Positions 1 to 7,095 of a stretch of DNA of 24,000 nucleotides are shown here, in pieces. The notes under the pieces are model-generated. The model was not told where the DNA came from, searched no databases, and saw only the letters and a program-made list of their open reading frames with translations. Source of the DNA: Pedobacter sp. PAMC26386 (lineage in GTDB: Bacteria > Bacteroidota > Bacteroidia > Sphingobacteriales > Sphingobacteriaceae). The stretch lies in assembly GCA_014302835.1 (NCBI GenBank), contig CP060294.1, positions 2,295,067 to 2,319,066 on the forward strand, given 5' to 3'. The stretch's first letter is position 1. The number at the start of each line of letters is the position of its first letter. Position numbers and translations under genes: made by a program.

Positions 1-345
1 GCCTGAATAATCGTACTTAAAGGGCACAACTTCTTTTCCTTCTTTATTAATAAATCCCCATTTCTCTTGAAATTTAACGCCACCTTTGCCTTCAAAAAAA
101 TTCCCGGCACTTTCATATTTCAATGGAACTATCTCTTTTCCATCAAGATCTATATAACCATATCGGGACTCCTTCTCCCCATTCACATTCACTTTATTTC
201 CAACCATAATAATTCCCTGGTCCTCTCCATAGTCACTTATATAGCTATACTTTTTAGCCAATTGCTCCCTATTCTGAGAAAAACTACAGCTATAAACCAT
301 GGACAATAGAATCAGGTATATCAAATTGACTTTTAATCTTTTCAT
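1..345 (-). CDS. WG-repeat (KWG-type) lipoprotein, N-terminal part; gene runs off the left edge
   Basis: Absent from the ORF track because it has no stop in the window. The reverse strand from ATG at 345 reads MKRLKVNLIYLILLSMVYSCSFSQN (signal peptide with lipobox-like Cys). It continues ...RYGYIDLDGKEIVPLKYESAGNFFEGKGGVKFQEKWGFINKEGKEVVPFKYDYSG, which are repeated WGxIxxxGKEVVPxKYD units typical of the WG-containing repeat family. The frame stays open to base 1. Confidence 0.7.
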   Translation of the reverse strand, partial: MKRLKVNLIYLILLSMVYSCSFSQNREQLAKKYSYISDYGEDQGIIMVGNKVNVNGEKESRYGYIDLDGKEIVPLKYESAGNFFEGKGGVKFQEKWGFINKEGKEVVPFKYDYSG

Positions 346-540
346 TTCTTCCAATTTTTAACAAGATAAGCAGCAGTCTACTCACAAAAATAGGTGACTT
401 ATTCCATATTCGAAGTTAATAAAAATAGCTGCGCAAGAAGGAATAGATTCTTGGGAGAGAATTTTATTTATATAAACTCCCCATTGTTTTGCTAGTTTTA
501 TTGTATCTAGAATCATCCACATCCAAAATATCAGCCGATT

Positions 541-993
541 ATGAAAATCATATCTATAAGAGAGTACCCTGAGTATCTAAAAAAAGCCATTCTATATCTT
601 CAAACCTGCTGGTCTGAAGTAGAACCAATTATTTATGAAGATTGTTTAACCCACTCCATTGACGCTGATGGTACATTTCCTCAATGGTACTTATTAGAAA
701 AAGACAATGAAATTATTGGTTGCGCTGGATTAGTACCTAATGATTTTATCAGCAGAATGGATTTATACCCATGGGTTTGTGCCTTATATGTCGATGAAAA
801 ACATAGGGGAAAAGCATATAGTAAGCTGATCTTAGATAGAGCAAAGGAAGACACAATTAAAGCAGGATTTGATAATTTATATCTATGTACTGATCATATC
901 GGTTTATATGAAAAATACGGTTATGAATACATAGGCATAGGTTATCATCCATGGGAAGAGGAATCCCGGATTTATAGGCTGAAGCTCAAATAG
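541..993 (+). CDS. GNAT-family N-acetyltransferase
   Basis: 150-aa ORF. An acetyl-CoA-binding motif-A-like segment is present (ALYVDEKHRGKAYSKLIL), and the C-terminal LYEKYGYEYIG is typical of GNAT folds. Confidence 0.75.
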   Translation: MKIISIREYPEYLKKAILYLQTCWSEVEPIIYEDCLTHSIDADGTFPQWYLLEKDNEIIGCAGLVPNDFISRMDLYPWVCALYVDEKHRGKAYSKLILDRAKEDTIKAGFDNLYLCTDHIGLYEKYGYEYIGIGYHPWEEESRIYRLKLK

Positions 994-1048
994 TATAAAA
1001 ACCATCAATTAATTTCATCAAAGAGAAGAATTGATTAACCTTGTATAT

Positions 1049-1864
1049 ATGGCCACCAGAATTAACGATATCTTAAGAAAGAAACTCTACATTATCATTT
1101 TCAAATCGGATACCAAGGCGGGTAAGTTATTTGATCTTGTCTTGCTTTGGGTTATTCTATTGAGCATTCTTTCTGTTTTTCTAGAGAGTGTGGCCAGTTT
1201 CAGGGCTCAGTACCTGATCTATATCCGTATTGTAGAATGGATTTTCACCATATTTTTCACACTGGAATATGCCCTTCGCATTTATAGCACTGATAAACCG
1301 GCTAAATACATTTTCAGTTTTTACGGATTAATCGATATCATCGCTTTTTTACCAACCTACCTGAGTTTGTTTCTTGCCGGAGCACATTACCTGGTAGTTA
1401 TTCGTGCATTCAGATTGCTCAGAGTTTTTAGAATTTTAAAATTAAGTCGTTTCACAAGCGAAGGAAATATCTTAAGAAATGCGCTTAAAAACAGCTTGTA
1501 TAAAATCACTGTATTCCTGGCTAGTGTCATTACACTGGTTACCATTATAGGTACCTTAATGTACATTATCGAAGGAGATGCAAGTGGTTTCACCAGTATC
1601 CCTGTTTCTATTTACTGGGCAATAGTCACCATTACTACTGTTGGTTACGGTGACATTTCGCCACAAAGCCCTTTAGGTCAACTTCTGGCTAGCATACTAA
1701 TGATTATCGGTTATGGCATTATTGCTGTACCTACTGGCATTGTCTCTGTAGAAATGGCTAGGGCAACCGAAGAAGCCAAAGAGAAATGCCCAGTATGTTA
1801 TGCACCAATTTATCCGGCTAATGCCAGATTTTGTTCCAGATGCGGGAAAGAATTAAAGACTTAA
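1049..1864 (+). CDS. Voltage-gated K+ channel (6TM ion-transport family) with C-terminal zinc-ribbon
   Basis: The S4 voltage-sensor segment has a basic residue at every third position (RAFRLLRVFRILKLSR). The canonical K+ selectivity filter TTVGYGD is present. The C-terminus has CPVC-x13-CSRC. I prefer the ATG at 1049 (MATRINDIL...); the ORF track starts at an upstream TTG at 1031. Confidence 0.85.
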   Translation: MATRINDILRKKLYIIIFKSDTKAGKLFDLVLLWVILLSILSVFLESVASFRAQYLIYIRIVEWIFTIFFTLEYALRIYSTDKPAKYIFSFYGLIDIIAFLPTYLSLFLAGAHYLVVIRAFRLLRVFRILKLSRFTSEGNILRNALKNSLYKITVFLASVITLVTIIGTLMYIIEGDASGFTSIPVSIYWAIVTITTVGYGDISPQSPLGQLLASILMIIGYGIIAVPTGIVSVEMARATEEAKEKCPVCYAPIYPANARFCSRCGKELKT

Positions 1865-2119
1865 AGTTACTGGTTCTATCTCTGGCTTCACAGTATACTC
1901 CAGTTTTTTAAGATAAAAATAAACAATGGATAAACCTATTCCAGCAATTCCAATTATACTAACAATAATAGATCCTTCTATAAAAAACCTTCCCCAGGAT
2001 AAATTTGCACTTCCTAAATAACCAATAGAATCTGCCAAATAGAGGCCCAGTATTATGTTATACATAAATGTTTTTGTACCGTCAATCCATGGCATCAACA
2101 ATCCATGCACCTGCACCAA
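1853..2119 (-). CDS. Hypothetical small membrane protein (about 2 TM segments)
   Basis: This is the only ORF filling the 288-nt space between the channel gene and the hydrolase gene. It has hydrophobic stretches (FMYNIILGLYLADSIGYL and IIVSIIGIAGIGLSIVYFYL) and lies co-directional 33 nt downstream of the hydrolase. I recognise no family. The start may be an internal Met (MPWIDG, 2095). Confidence 0.35.
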   Translation of the reverse strand: MVQVHGLLMPWIDGTKTFMYNIILGLYLADSIGYLGSANLSWGRFFIEGSIIVSIIGIAGIGLSIVYFYLKKLEYTVKPEIEPVTLSL

Positions 2120-2152
2120 TCAGCAAAAAGCCCAGCGCAATCCACCCATGTC

Positions 2153-2962
2153 TTAATATTTTTTTGCAGACTGAGTTGCTGCCTCAATGATGAGGTTGGC
2201 AACTTCTTTAGGATGAGATTCATATACAGAGTGGCTCGCTCTTTCTATCTCTACTTTTGTACTGCCAGCACGTTTAGCATACATTCTTTCCAGATCTGGA
2301 TTGATAATACGATCAGACTTTGCGACCATATACCAGCTTCGTTTATTTCTCCAGGCAGGATTTTTTATAATTGCATGAAATACAGAATCTACAGTAAATA
2401 TTTGTGCATGTCCCTCAAATTCTGCTTGTTCTCTTGGAAGATCTGCAGCGAAGTCTTCATAAAACCTGGAGGGGTCTATATAATCATAACCATCGGGACG
2501 CTTTTGCAGTGATTTATATGCTGAGGGATAAAGCTTGCCATTTTCGGCTTCAGATTCTCCGTTATCTGGTGCATGGGCAGCAATATAGACTAATCCCGCT
2601 ACTTTCGTATCATTACCAGCCACAGTAATAATAGCTCCTCCATAACTGTGGCCAACTAAAATACAAGGGCCATCTTGCATAGCAATAATCCGTTTCACAG
2701 CTGCTATATCTCCAACAAATGAGGTTAGAGGCTGCTGTACAACGCTTACCTTAAAGCCATATTTAACAAGAATATTGTAGACCGGCTGCCATCCAGATCC
2801 ATCGACAAACGCACCATGCACCAATACAATATTTTTCACCACAGCAGCATTAGCCTTCTGAAGCTTGCCTATTGGTCTCGGCTTAATTTGCGCATAGTTA
2901 TTCAAACCTAAAAATGTACTCAGGAGTAATGTAAAGAGGCTTGCTTTGATCGAAGTTTTCAT
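2153..2962 (-). CDS. Secreted alpha/beta-fold hydrolase
   Basis: It has a nucleophile elbow GHSYGG, an N-terminal HGAFVDGSGW segment typical of the alpha/beta hydrolase-6 type, and C-terminal SHSVYESHP (catalytic His region). The signal peptide MKTSIKASLFTLLLSTFLGLNNYAQ favours a start at 2962. The ORF is open to an ATG at 3001. Confidence 0.8.
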   Translation of the reverse strand: MKTSIKASLFTLLLSTFLGLNNYAQIKPRPIGKLQKANAAVVKNIVLVHGAFVDGSGWQPVYNILVKYGFKVSVVQQPLTSFVGDIAAVKRIIAMQDGPCILVGHSYGGAIITVAGNDTKVAGLVYIAAHAPDNGESEAENGKLYPSAYKSLQKRPDGYDYIDPSRFYEDFAADLPREQAEFEGHAQIFTVDSVFHAIIKNPAWRNKRSWYMVAKSDRIINPDLERMYAKRAGSTKVEIERASHSVYESHPKEVANLIIEAATQSAKKY

Positions 2963-3106
2963 CTTGTTAATTTGTTTTTTTGGTTTGTGTTCTGCTATCA
3001 TCCGTATGCATTTTCCGTTCCAAAAAATCTCATTTTTTGAACTAGTTCAACTTTTGTCTTTTGAACCAGCCATATCTTTGCTGACAGAAACAATATACCT
3101 ATCATC

Positions 3107-3589
3107 ATGAACTGCAAAACACAAACATTTATTGTTGGTCTGCTTGCTTTACCAATTTTATTGGTTAGCTGTGCCAGAACATCAAGGATGCATAACCTGG
3201 CGCTAGTCAAGAGTACTTATGAAGGAAAAACTTCAGAAGAAAATGGCAAAAATCTTGCAAACGCCCTTGCTCCAGATGCCCGATGGACAGAGGCCGCTGG
3301 CTTTCCATATGCAGGTACTTATATTGGAATTGACGAAATTACTAAAAATGTCTTTCAAAGATTAGCAACAGAATGGACTGATTATAAAGTACAAATAGAT
3401 GATTATATAGTTAGAGGAGATAAGGTTGTAGCCATAGGCACCTATAGCGGGATTTACAAAAAAACAGGTAAAAGTTTTAAAGCTAGAGTTGCACATGTCT
3501 GGGAACTTAAAGATGGTAAAATTATAAGTTTTGAGCAGTTCGTAGATAGTAAATCCCTGACTGATGCGATGGTAGCTACTGTTCATTAA
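3107..3589 (+). CDS. SnoaL-like / NTF2-fold lipoprotein
   Basis: A lipoprotein signal (LLVSC) is followed by about 130 aa with the pattern of ketosteroid-isomerase-like NTF2 proteins (...RVAHVWELKDGKIISFEQFVDS). Confidence 0.6.
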   Translation: MNCKTQTFIVGLLALPILLVSCARTSRMHNLALVKSTYEGKTSEENGKNLANALAPDARWTEAAGFPYAGTYIGIDEITKNVFQRLATEWTDYKVQIDDYIVRGDKVVAIGTYSGIYKKTGKSFKARVAHVWELKDGKIISFEQFVDSKSLTDAMVATVH

Positions 3590-4280
3590 TAATTCTATAA
3601 TCGGACGGTATGGAGAAGATGTCCTCATCAATTTTTATCTTTTTTACACGTATGGCCATCATGCCTATTCTCATGCCATTTTCCTGGGAATATATTTCCA
3701 GTGCACTGCCAGGTAATTGCCTCAAATATGCCTCCCTACCTCTATAATGTGAAGGAATTTTATCAGTATACCAAACAACAATCTCTACACCAGGTATTTT
3801 GGGATTTATAAAAATAGCCTTCCTGCAAGAAAACCCCAGAATACATTTTTCTTCATCTGAGAAACTGACTTTATAATCACCAGCACTAATAACTATTGCA
3901 ATATTGTCTTCCATTTCTTCCTCCACATAAGAAGCATCTCTGAATTTCCTGCTGGCTTCTTTCTTCCCGTGATTTAAAATGTAATAAAAAGCATCACCCT
4001 TCCTGCTTAAAGTAACCCGATCAGCTGATGACTTTTCTTCCGTCCGCATTTGCTGATCGGTCACATAACAAGTAAAATACCCCTTCTCTCTTTCGGCCAG
4101 CATCATATCTTTTATAAACCCCTCTAATAATTTACCCCCATCAGAATCATCAAGAGGTATATTCTGGATTAGTAAACCATACTTAATCTCCCATCCTTCC
4201 AATTTCTTTCTCGTCTGTTGTGAGCATACCCTGGAAGATTGCATGAGCAATAGCATCACTAAAATTTTAAGATTTTTCAT
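3576..4280 (-). CDS. GLPGLI-family-like secreted protein (divergent member)
   Basis: It has a signal peptide. The C-terminal pattern ILGFSCRKA...VVWYTDKIPSHYRGREAYLRQLPGSALEIY parallels the family signature ILGYxCxKA...AWYTxxIPxxxGPxxxxGLPGLILE. It lies 10 nt downstream of the anti-sigma gene. Confidence 0.5.
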   Translation of the reverse strand: MKNLKILVMLLLMQSSRVCSQQTRKKLEGWEIKYGLLIQNIPLDDSDGGKLLEGFIKDMMLAEREKGYFTCYVTDQQMRTEEKSSADRVTLSRKGDAFYYILNHGKKEASRKFRDASYVEEEMEDNIAIVISAGDYKVSFSDEEKCILGFSCRKAIFINPKIPGVEIVVWYTDKIPSHYRGREAYLRQLPGSALEIYSQENGMRIGMMAIRVKKIKIDEDIFSIPSDYRIINEQ

Positions 4281-4290
4281 TGACTAAACT

Positions 4291-4593
4291 TTATAAAACT
4301 GTATCCCCCATAACTCCTGTTTTTTGAACCAGCTTATCTTGAATAAGTCCTTTCAAATTATTCTTAAAGTCATCACTAAGGTTTATTCTTTTATCTTTCA
4401 AAAATTTCTGATTCCTCTTCATCATACAGTCAATCAGTAAACTTTGTTCCTGAAAAATGCGGCAAACCGGGCAATCTTTTAAATGAATCAGCAATCTGAT
4501 TTCATCCATCACTGCAATTCCTTCCGTATGCTTTCTCTCTACTAAAAAGATAGCTTTACGACAACAGCAGGTAATTTTTTTCAATGTATTCAT
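4291..4593 (-). CDS. Soluble zinc-finger (ZAS, RsrA-like) anti-sigma factor
   Basis: 100 aa with no hydrophobic TM stretch. The motif H37-LKD-C41-PV-C44 is an exact HxxxCxxC, and a CCC triplet ends at C11. It lies 6 nt downstream of an ECF sigma gene. Confidence 0.65.
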   Translation of the reverse strand: MNTLKKITCCCRKAIFLVERKHTEGIAVMDEIRLLIHLKDCPVCRIFQEQSLLIDCMMKRNQKFLKDKRINLSDDFKNNLKGLIQDKLVQKTGVMGDTVL

Positions 4594-4599
4594 ATGCTT

Positions 4600-5199
4600 T
4601 TATATCCAGTTTGTTTGAAGACAATCTCTAAGATTAAGTTTGGTACGGTGAATGATTACCCAAAAATTAGCATGCGTTATACATAAATTTTCACAAATTG
4701 CATAAGTATCTTCTTCATCCAGATATTTCATAGTAAAGACGGCAGACCATAATGGCGGAAGCTTAGACAGACATCCTCTTAAAATTTCATTAAATTCTTC
4801 ATTAATTAATAGTTCCTCTATATCAGCACTAAAACTTTGCGGAACATGTTCTTCTTTCCATTGTCCGCTTTCTTTTTCAAAAAAATTCTCCTGCTGTTTT
4901 TCAGCTTCATCCATTCTCATTTTTCCGTTCAACCCTGAAGAGTTTTTCCGATAGGTATCAATAATTTTGTTTTTAAGAATAGCAGTAAGCCAGGTAATTT
5001 CCTTACTTCTTCCTTCAAATTTATGAAGACTTTCAAGCGCTGCTAAAAAGGTTTCCTGAACAAGATCTCTTGCCGTTTCATCATCGCTAATTCTGGAAAG
5101 CGTATAACGATAAAGGAAATCTGAATAGTGATCAACCCATAAATGGGGATCGATGACTATCTTCTTTTTTGAGGGCGCCGTTTTTCTATCAATCTGCAT
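4600..5199 (-). CDS. ECF-type RNA polymerase sigma-70 family factor
   Basis: Region 2 is present (ARDLVQETFLAALESLHKFEGRSKEITWLTAILKNKIIDTYRK), as is a region 4 helix-turn-helix (LPPLWSAVFTMKYLDEEDTYAICENLCITHANFWVIIHRTKLNLRDCL). Confidence 0.85.
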   Translation of the reverse strand: MQIDRKTAPSKKKIVIDPHLWVDHYSDFLYRYTLSRISDDETARDLVQETFLAALESLHKFEGRSKEITWLTAILKNKIIDTYRKNSSGLNGKMRMDEAEKQQENFFEKESGQWKEEHVPQSFSADIEELLINEEFNEILRGCLSKLPPLWSAVFTMKYLDEEDTYAICENLCITHANFWVIIHRTKLNLRDCLQTNWI

Positions 5200-5231
5200 A
5201 AGTGATCAGGATGTATATAACTATCCCACTT

Positions 5232-5258
5232 AGTCGTGACACTTCACAGATCCTTACA
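5232..5258 (-). promoter_or_regulatory. Candidate ECF-type promoter of the sigma/anti-sigma/GLPGLI operon (TGTAAGG-N15-CGACT)
   Basis: The minus-sense sequence reads ATTGTAAGG-atctgtgaagtgtca-CGACTAAG and ends about 32 nt upstream of the sigma ATG (5199). The motif and spacing are identical to those of the plus-strand site at 5448-5474. Confidence 0.55.
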
Positions 5259-5447
5259 ATTATCTTACGCGATTTATTAATAATAATAAATTAACCTAGC
5301 ACCTCGTTTAATTATCTAATTAAATCCATAACTCAAAGAAACAAAACCTGGATTCCCTGTTCAGTTCATTCCAGGATCAATTTTCTCAAAACTTTCCAAA
5401 CAAGATTCTTCGCAGATTGATCAGGATCAATGTTTTTTCATTTCTGT

Positions 5448-5474
5448 TGTAAGGTTTGCCAATGAACTGCGACT
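5448..5474 (+). promoter_or_regulatory. Candidate ECF-type promoter of the nine-gene YHS-to-LysE array (TGTAAGG-N15-CGACT)
   Basis: The plus-sense sequence reads GTTGTAAGG-tttgccaatgaactg-CGACTTAA and ends 38 nt upstream of the ATG at 5513. It is the mirror partner of the site at 5232-5258. I found no TAnnTTTG housekeeping box in this spacer. Confidence 0.55.
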
Positions 5475-5512
5475 TAACACTAAAAAACAATCCACTTCAT
5501 CAATTCAAAATC

Positions 5513-5977
5513 ATGAAAAACTTATTTGCAGTTTTAGTATTATCGGTTATTAGTATTTGTAGTGTTTCGGCCCAGACAGCCAATCACAAAAATCAGTTCA
5601 ATGTAGATAAATCAGCCCTGGCAATAGAAGGTTATGACCCTGTAGCCTACTTTACATCAAGCAAGCCCATAAAAGGAAAAAAAGAATTTAACCTGACTGC
5701 AGAAGGAGTTACCTATCAATTTGCCAACGCCCAGAACAAAAATACATTCAAAGCCAATCCGGCAAAATATGAACCTCAATATGGTGGCTGGTGTGCTTAT
5801 GCAATGGGTGCAACAGGAGAAAAAGTAAGTGTTGACCCGGAGACTTACAAAATAATCAATGGGAAATTATTTCTATTCTACAATAGGTTTTTCAACAATA
5901 CGCTGAAAGACTGGAATAAAGACGAGTCCAATCTAAAAATCAACGCCGATAAAAGCTGGGCAAAGTTTAATCCATAA
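5513..5977 (+). CDS. Secreted YHS-domain (seleno)protein-family protein, Cys form, copy 1
   Basis: The signal peptide is MKNLFAVLVLSVISICSVSAQ. Family pattern: GYDPVAYF...KG...F...NP.KYEPQYGGWCAYAM...GKLFLFYN. The ORF track extends to a TTG at 5456, but that extension overlaps the candidate promoter and has no signal peptide. Confidence 0.75.
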   Translation: MKNLFAVLVLSVISICSVSAQTANHKNQFNVDKSALAIEGYDPVAYFTSSKPIKGKKEFNLTAEGVTYQFANAQNKNTFKANPAKYEPQYGGWCAYAMGATGEKVSVDPETYKIINGKLFLFYNRFFNNTLKDWNKDESNLKINADKSWAKFNP

Positions 5978-6010
5978 GCACTTAAATCATCGTCCATAAA
6001 TAAGAAAAAA

Positions 6011-6454
6011 ATGAAAAAATTATTAGTAGTAACTACTTTCCTCCTATTCGCAATTTTTAGTGCACGGGCTCAAAAATCAGAAATATTTGTCACCGGGAAT
6101 AAAGCAATCAGAGGTTATGATCCCATTGCATTTTTCAAAGAATCAAAACCGGTAAAAGGTGATGAAAAACTATCTTATAACTGGAAAGATGCGACCTGGC
6201 TATTTTCCACTCAGCAAAACTTAGATGACTTCAAAACGTCGCCAGAAAAGTATGCTCCACAATATGGTTGTTACTGTGCATATGGCACGGCCGATGGACA
6301 TAAGGCTCCAACCCAAACTGAGACCTGGACTATTGTTGGCGACAAACTCTATTTCAATTATAACAATAAGGTAAAACAGCTTTGGGATAAAAATCAGAAA
6401 GCACTAATTGAAAAGGCCGACCAACAGTGGATAGATATCAAAGAGAAACCCTAA
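6011..6454 (+). CDS. Secreted YHS-domain (seleno)protein-family protein, Cys form, copy 2
   Basis: It has a signal peptide. The sequence IRGYDPIAFF...KG...SPEKYAPQYGCYCAYG...DKLYFNYN marks it as a paralogue of the upstream gene. Confidence 0.75.
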   Translation: MKKLLVVTTFLLFAIFSARAQKSEIFVTGNKAIRGYDPIAFFKESKPVKGDEKLSYNWKDATWLFSTQQNLDDFKTSPEKYAPQYGCYCAYGTADGHKAPTQTETWTIVGDKLYFNYNNKVKQLWDKNQKALIEKADQQWIDIKEKP

Positions 6455-6465
6455 ACTAAATTATC

Positions 6466-7089
6466 TTGGAAATAGAAAAGCAATTAAAGTTCTTGCTGAC
6501 CATAGGATTCATCTTATGGTCAATGGGTATTAAAGCACAGGATACCGCCAAAATATCCATCACCACTAGTGTGGGTTTAGTACATATTACAGGTAAGCTG
6601 GGCAATACATTTAAATCGGCCGTTGCCTTTAATACAGGTTTAGAGCTTCAATTGAAACACAATTGGTTTATACAGGGCGAAATCAGTTTCAATACACTTG
6701 GTTATCATCAGCAAGTCAGGGACGCAGGTTCAACTTATCTTTTCACGAATGCAAACAGCTCTTTATTACAGGTAGGTGGTATAGGCGGAAAGGACTTTAC
6801 CATTCAAAAAGATAAATGGTTTATTGGTCTTTATTTAGGTGCAGGCTATCTCAATATTGGCGAGCCCAGAATTACTGTAGATGTTGCTAACAATACAGCC
6901 AGACAGGATGTGGTAAGAATGAGTAACATTTATGGAAAAGGAGGCAGCAGGATATCTTATAAGACTAAATCTCCATTTTTTCAAACAGTGTATCTGGACG
7001 CATCTTATTTTGCTTCACCCGTTAAACTGCAAGGTGAACACTTAAACGGAATTTCTCTTTTCATAGGGACTAAGTTCAGTCTTAAATAA
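6466..7089 (+). CDS. Small outer-membrane beta-barrel protein (porin-like, family unassigned)
   Basis: The signal peptide ends IKAQ. Alternating hydrophobic beta-strand patterns run through the protein, and the C-terminal strand is ...LFIGTKFSLK. The start is a TTG, because the next in-frame ATG would delete the signal peptide. Confidence 0.55.
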   Translation: MEIEKQLKFLLTIGFILWSMGIKAQDTAKISITTSVGLVHITGKLGNTFKSAVAFNTGLELQLKHNWFIQGEISFNTLGYHQQVRDAGSTYLFTNANSSLLQVGGIGGKDFTIQKDKWFIGLYLGAGYLNIGEPRITVDVANNTARQDVVRMSNIYGKGGSRISYKTKSPFFQTVYLDASYFASPVKLQGEHLNGISLFIGTKFSLK

Positions 7090-7095
7090 TAGAAT

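Noticed and set aside
67-309. 80-aa plus-strand ORF from the track
   Set aside because: It lies entirely antisense to the much better supported WG-repeat gene (1-345, minus). Its low-complexity hydrophobic translation shows no family features.
1387-1593. Nested or antisense ORFs in the left and central blocks (1387-1593, 2998-3210, 3362-3631, 7297-7512, 9429-9698, 10155-10358)
   Set aside because: The reasoning is the same as above: each is an antisense shadow of a well-supported gene, or in the case of 2998-3210 it spans a divergent promoter region. None has family features.
2105-2628. Plus-strand ORFs 2105-2512 and 2404-2628
   Set aside because: Both are antisense shadows of the alpha/beta hydrolase gene, whose translation carries clear catalytic motifs. 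They also overlap each other in different frames.
5456-5512. N-terminal extension of the first YHS gene (TTG 5456 / ATG 5462)
   Set aside because: The extension (MPMNCDLTLKNNPLHQFKI) precedes a perfectly good Met plus signal peptide at 5513. It is also overlapped by the TTGTAAGG-N15-CGACT promoter-like element.
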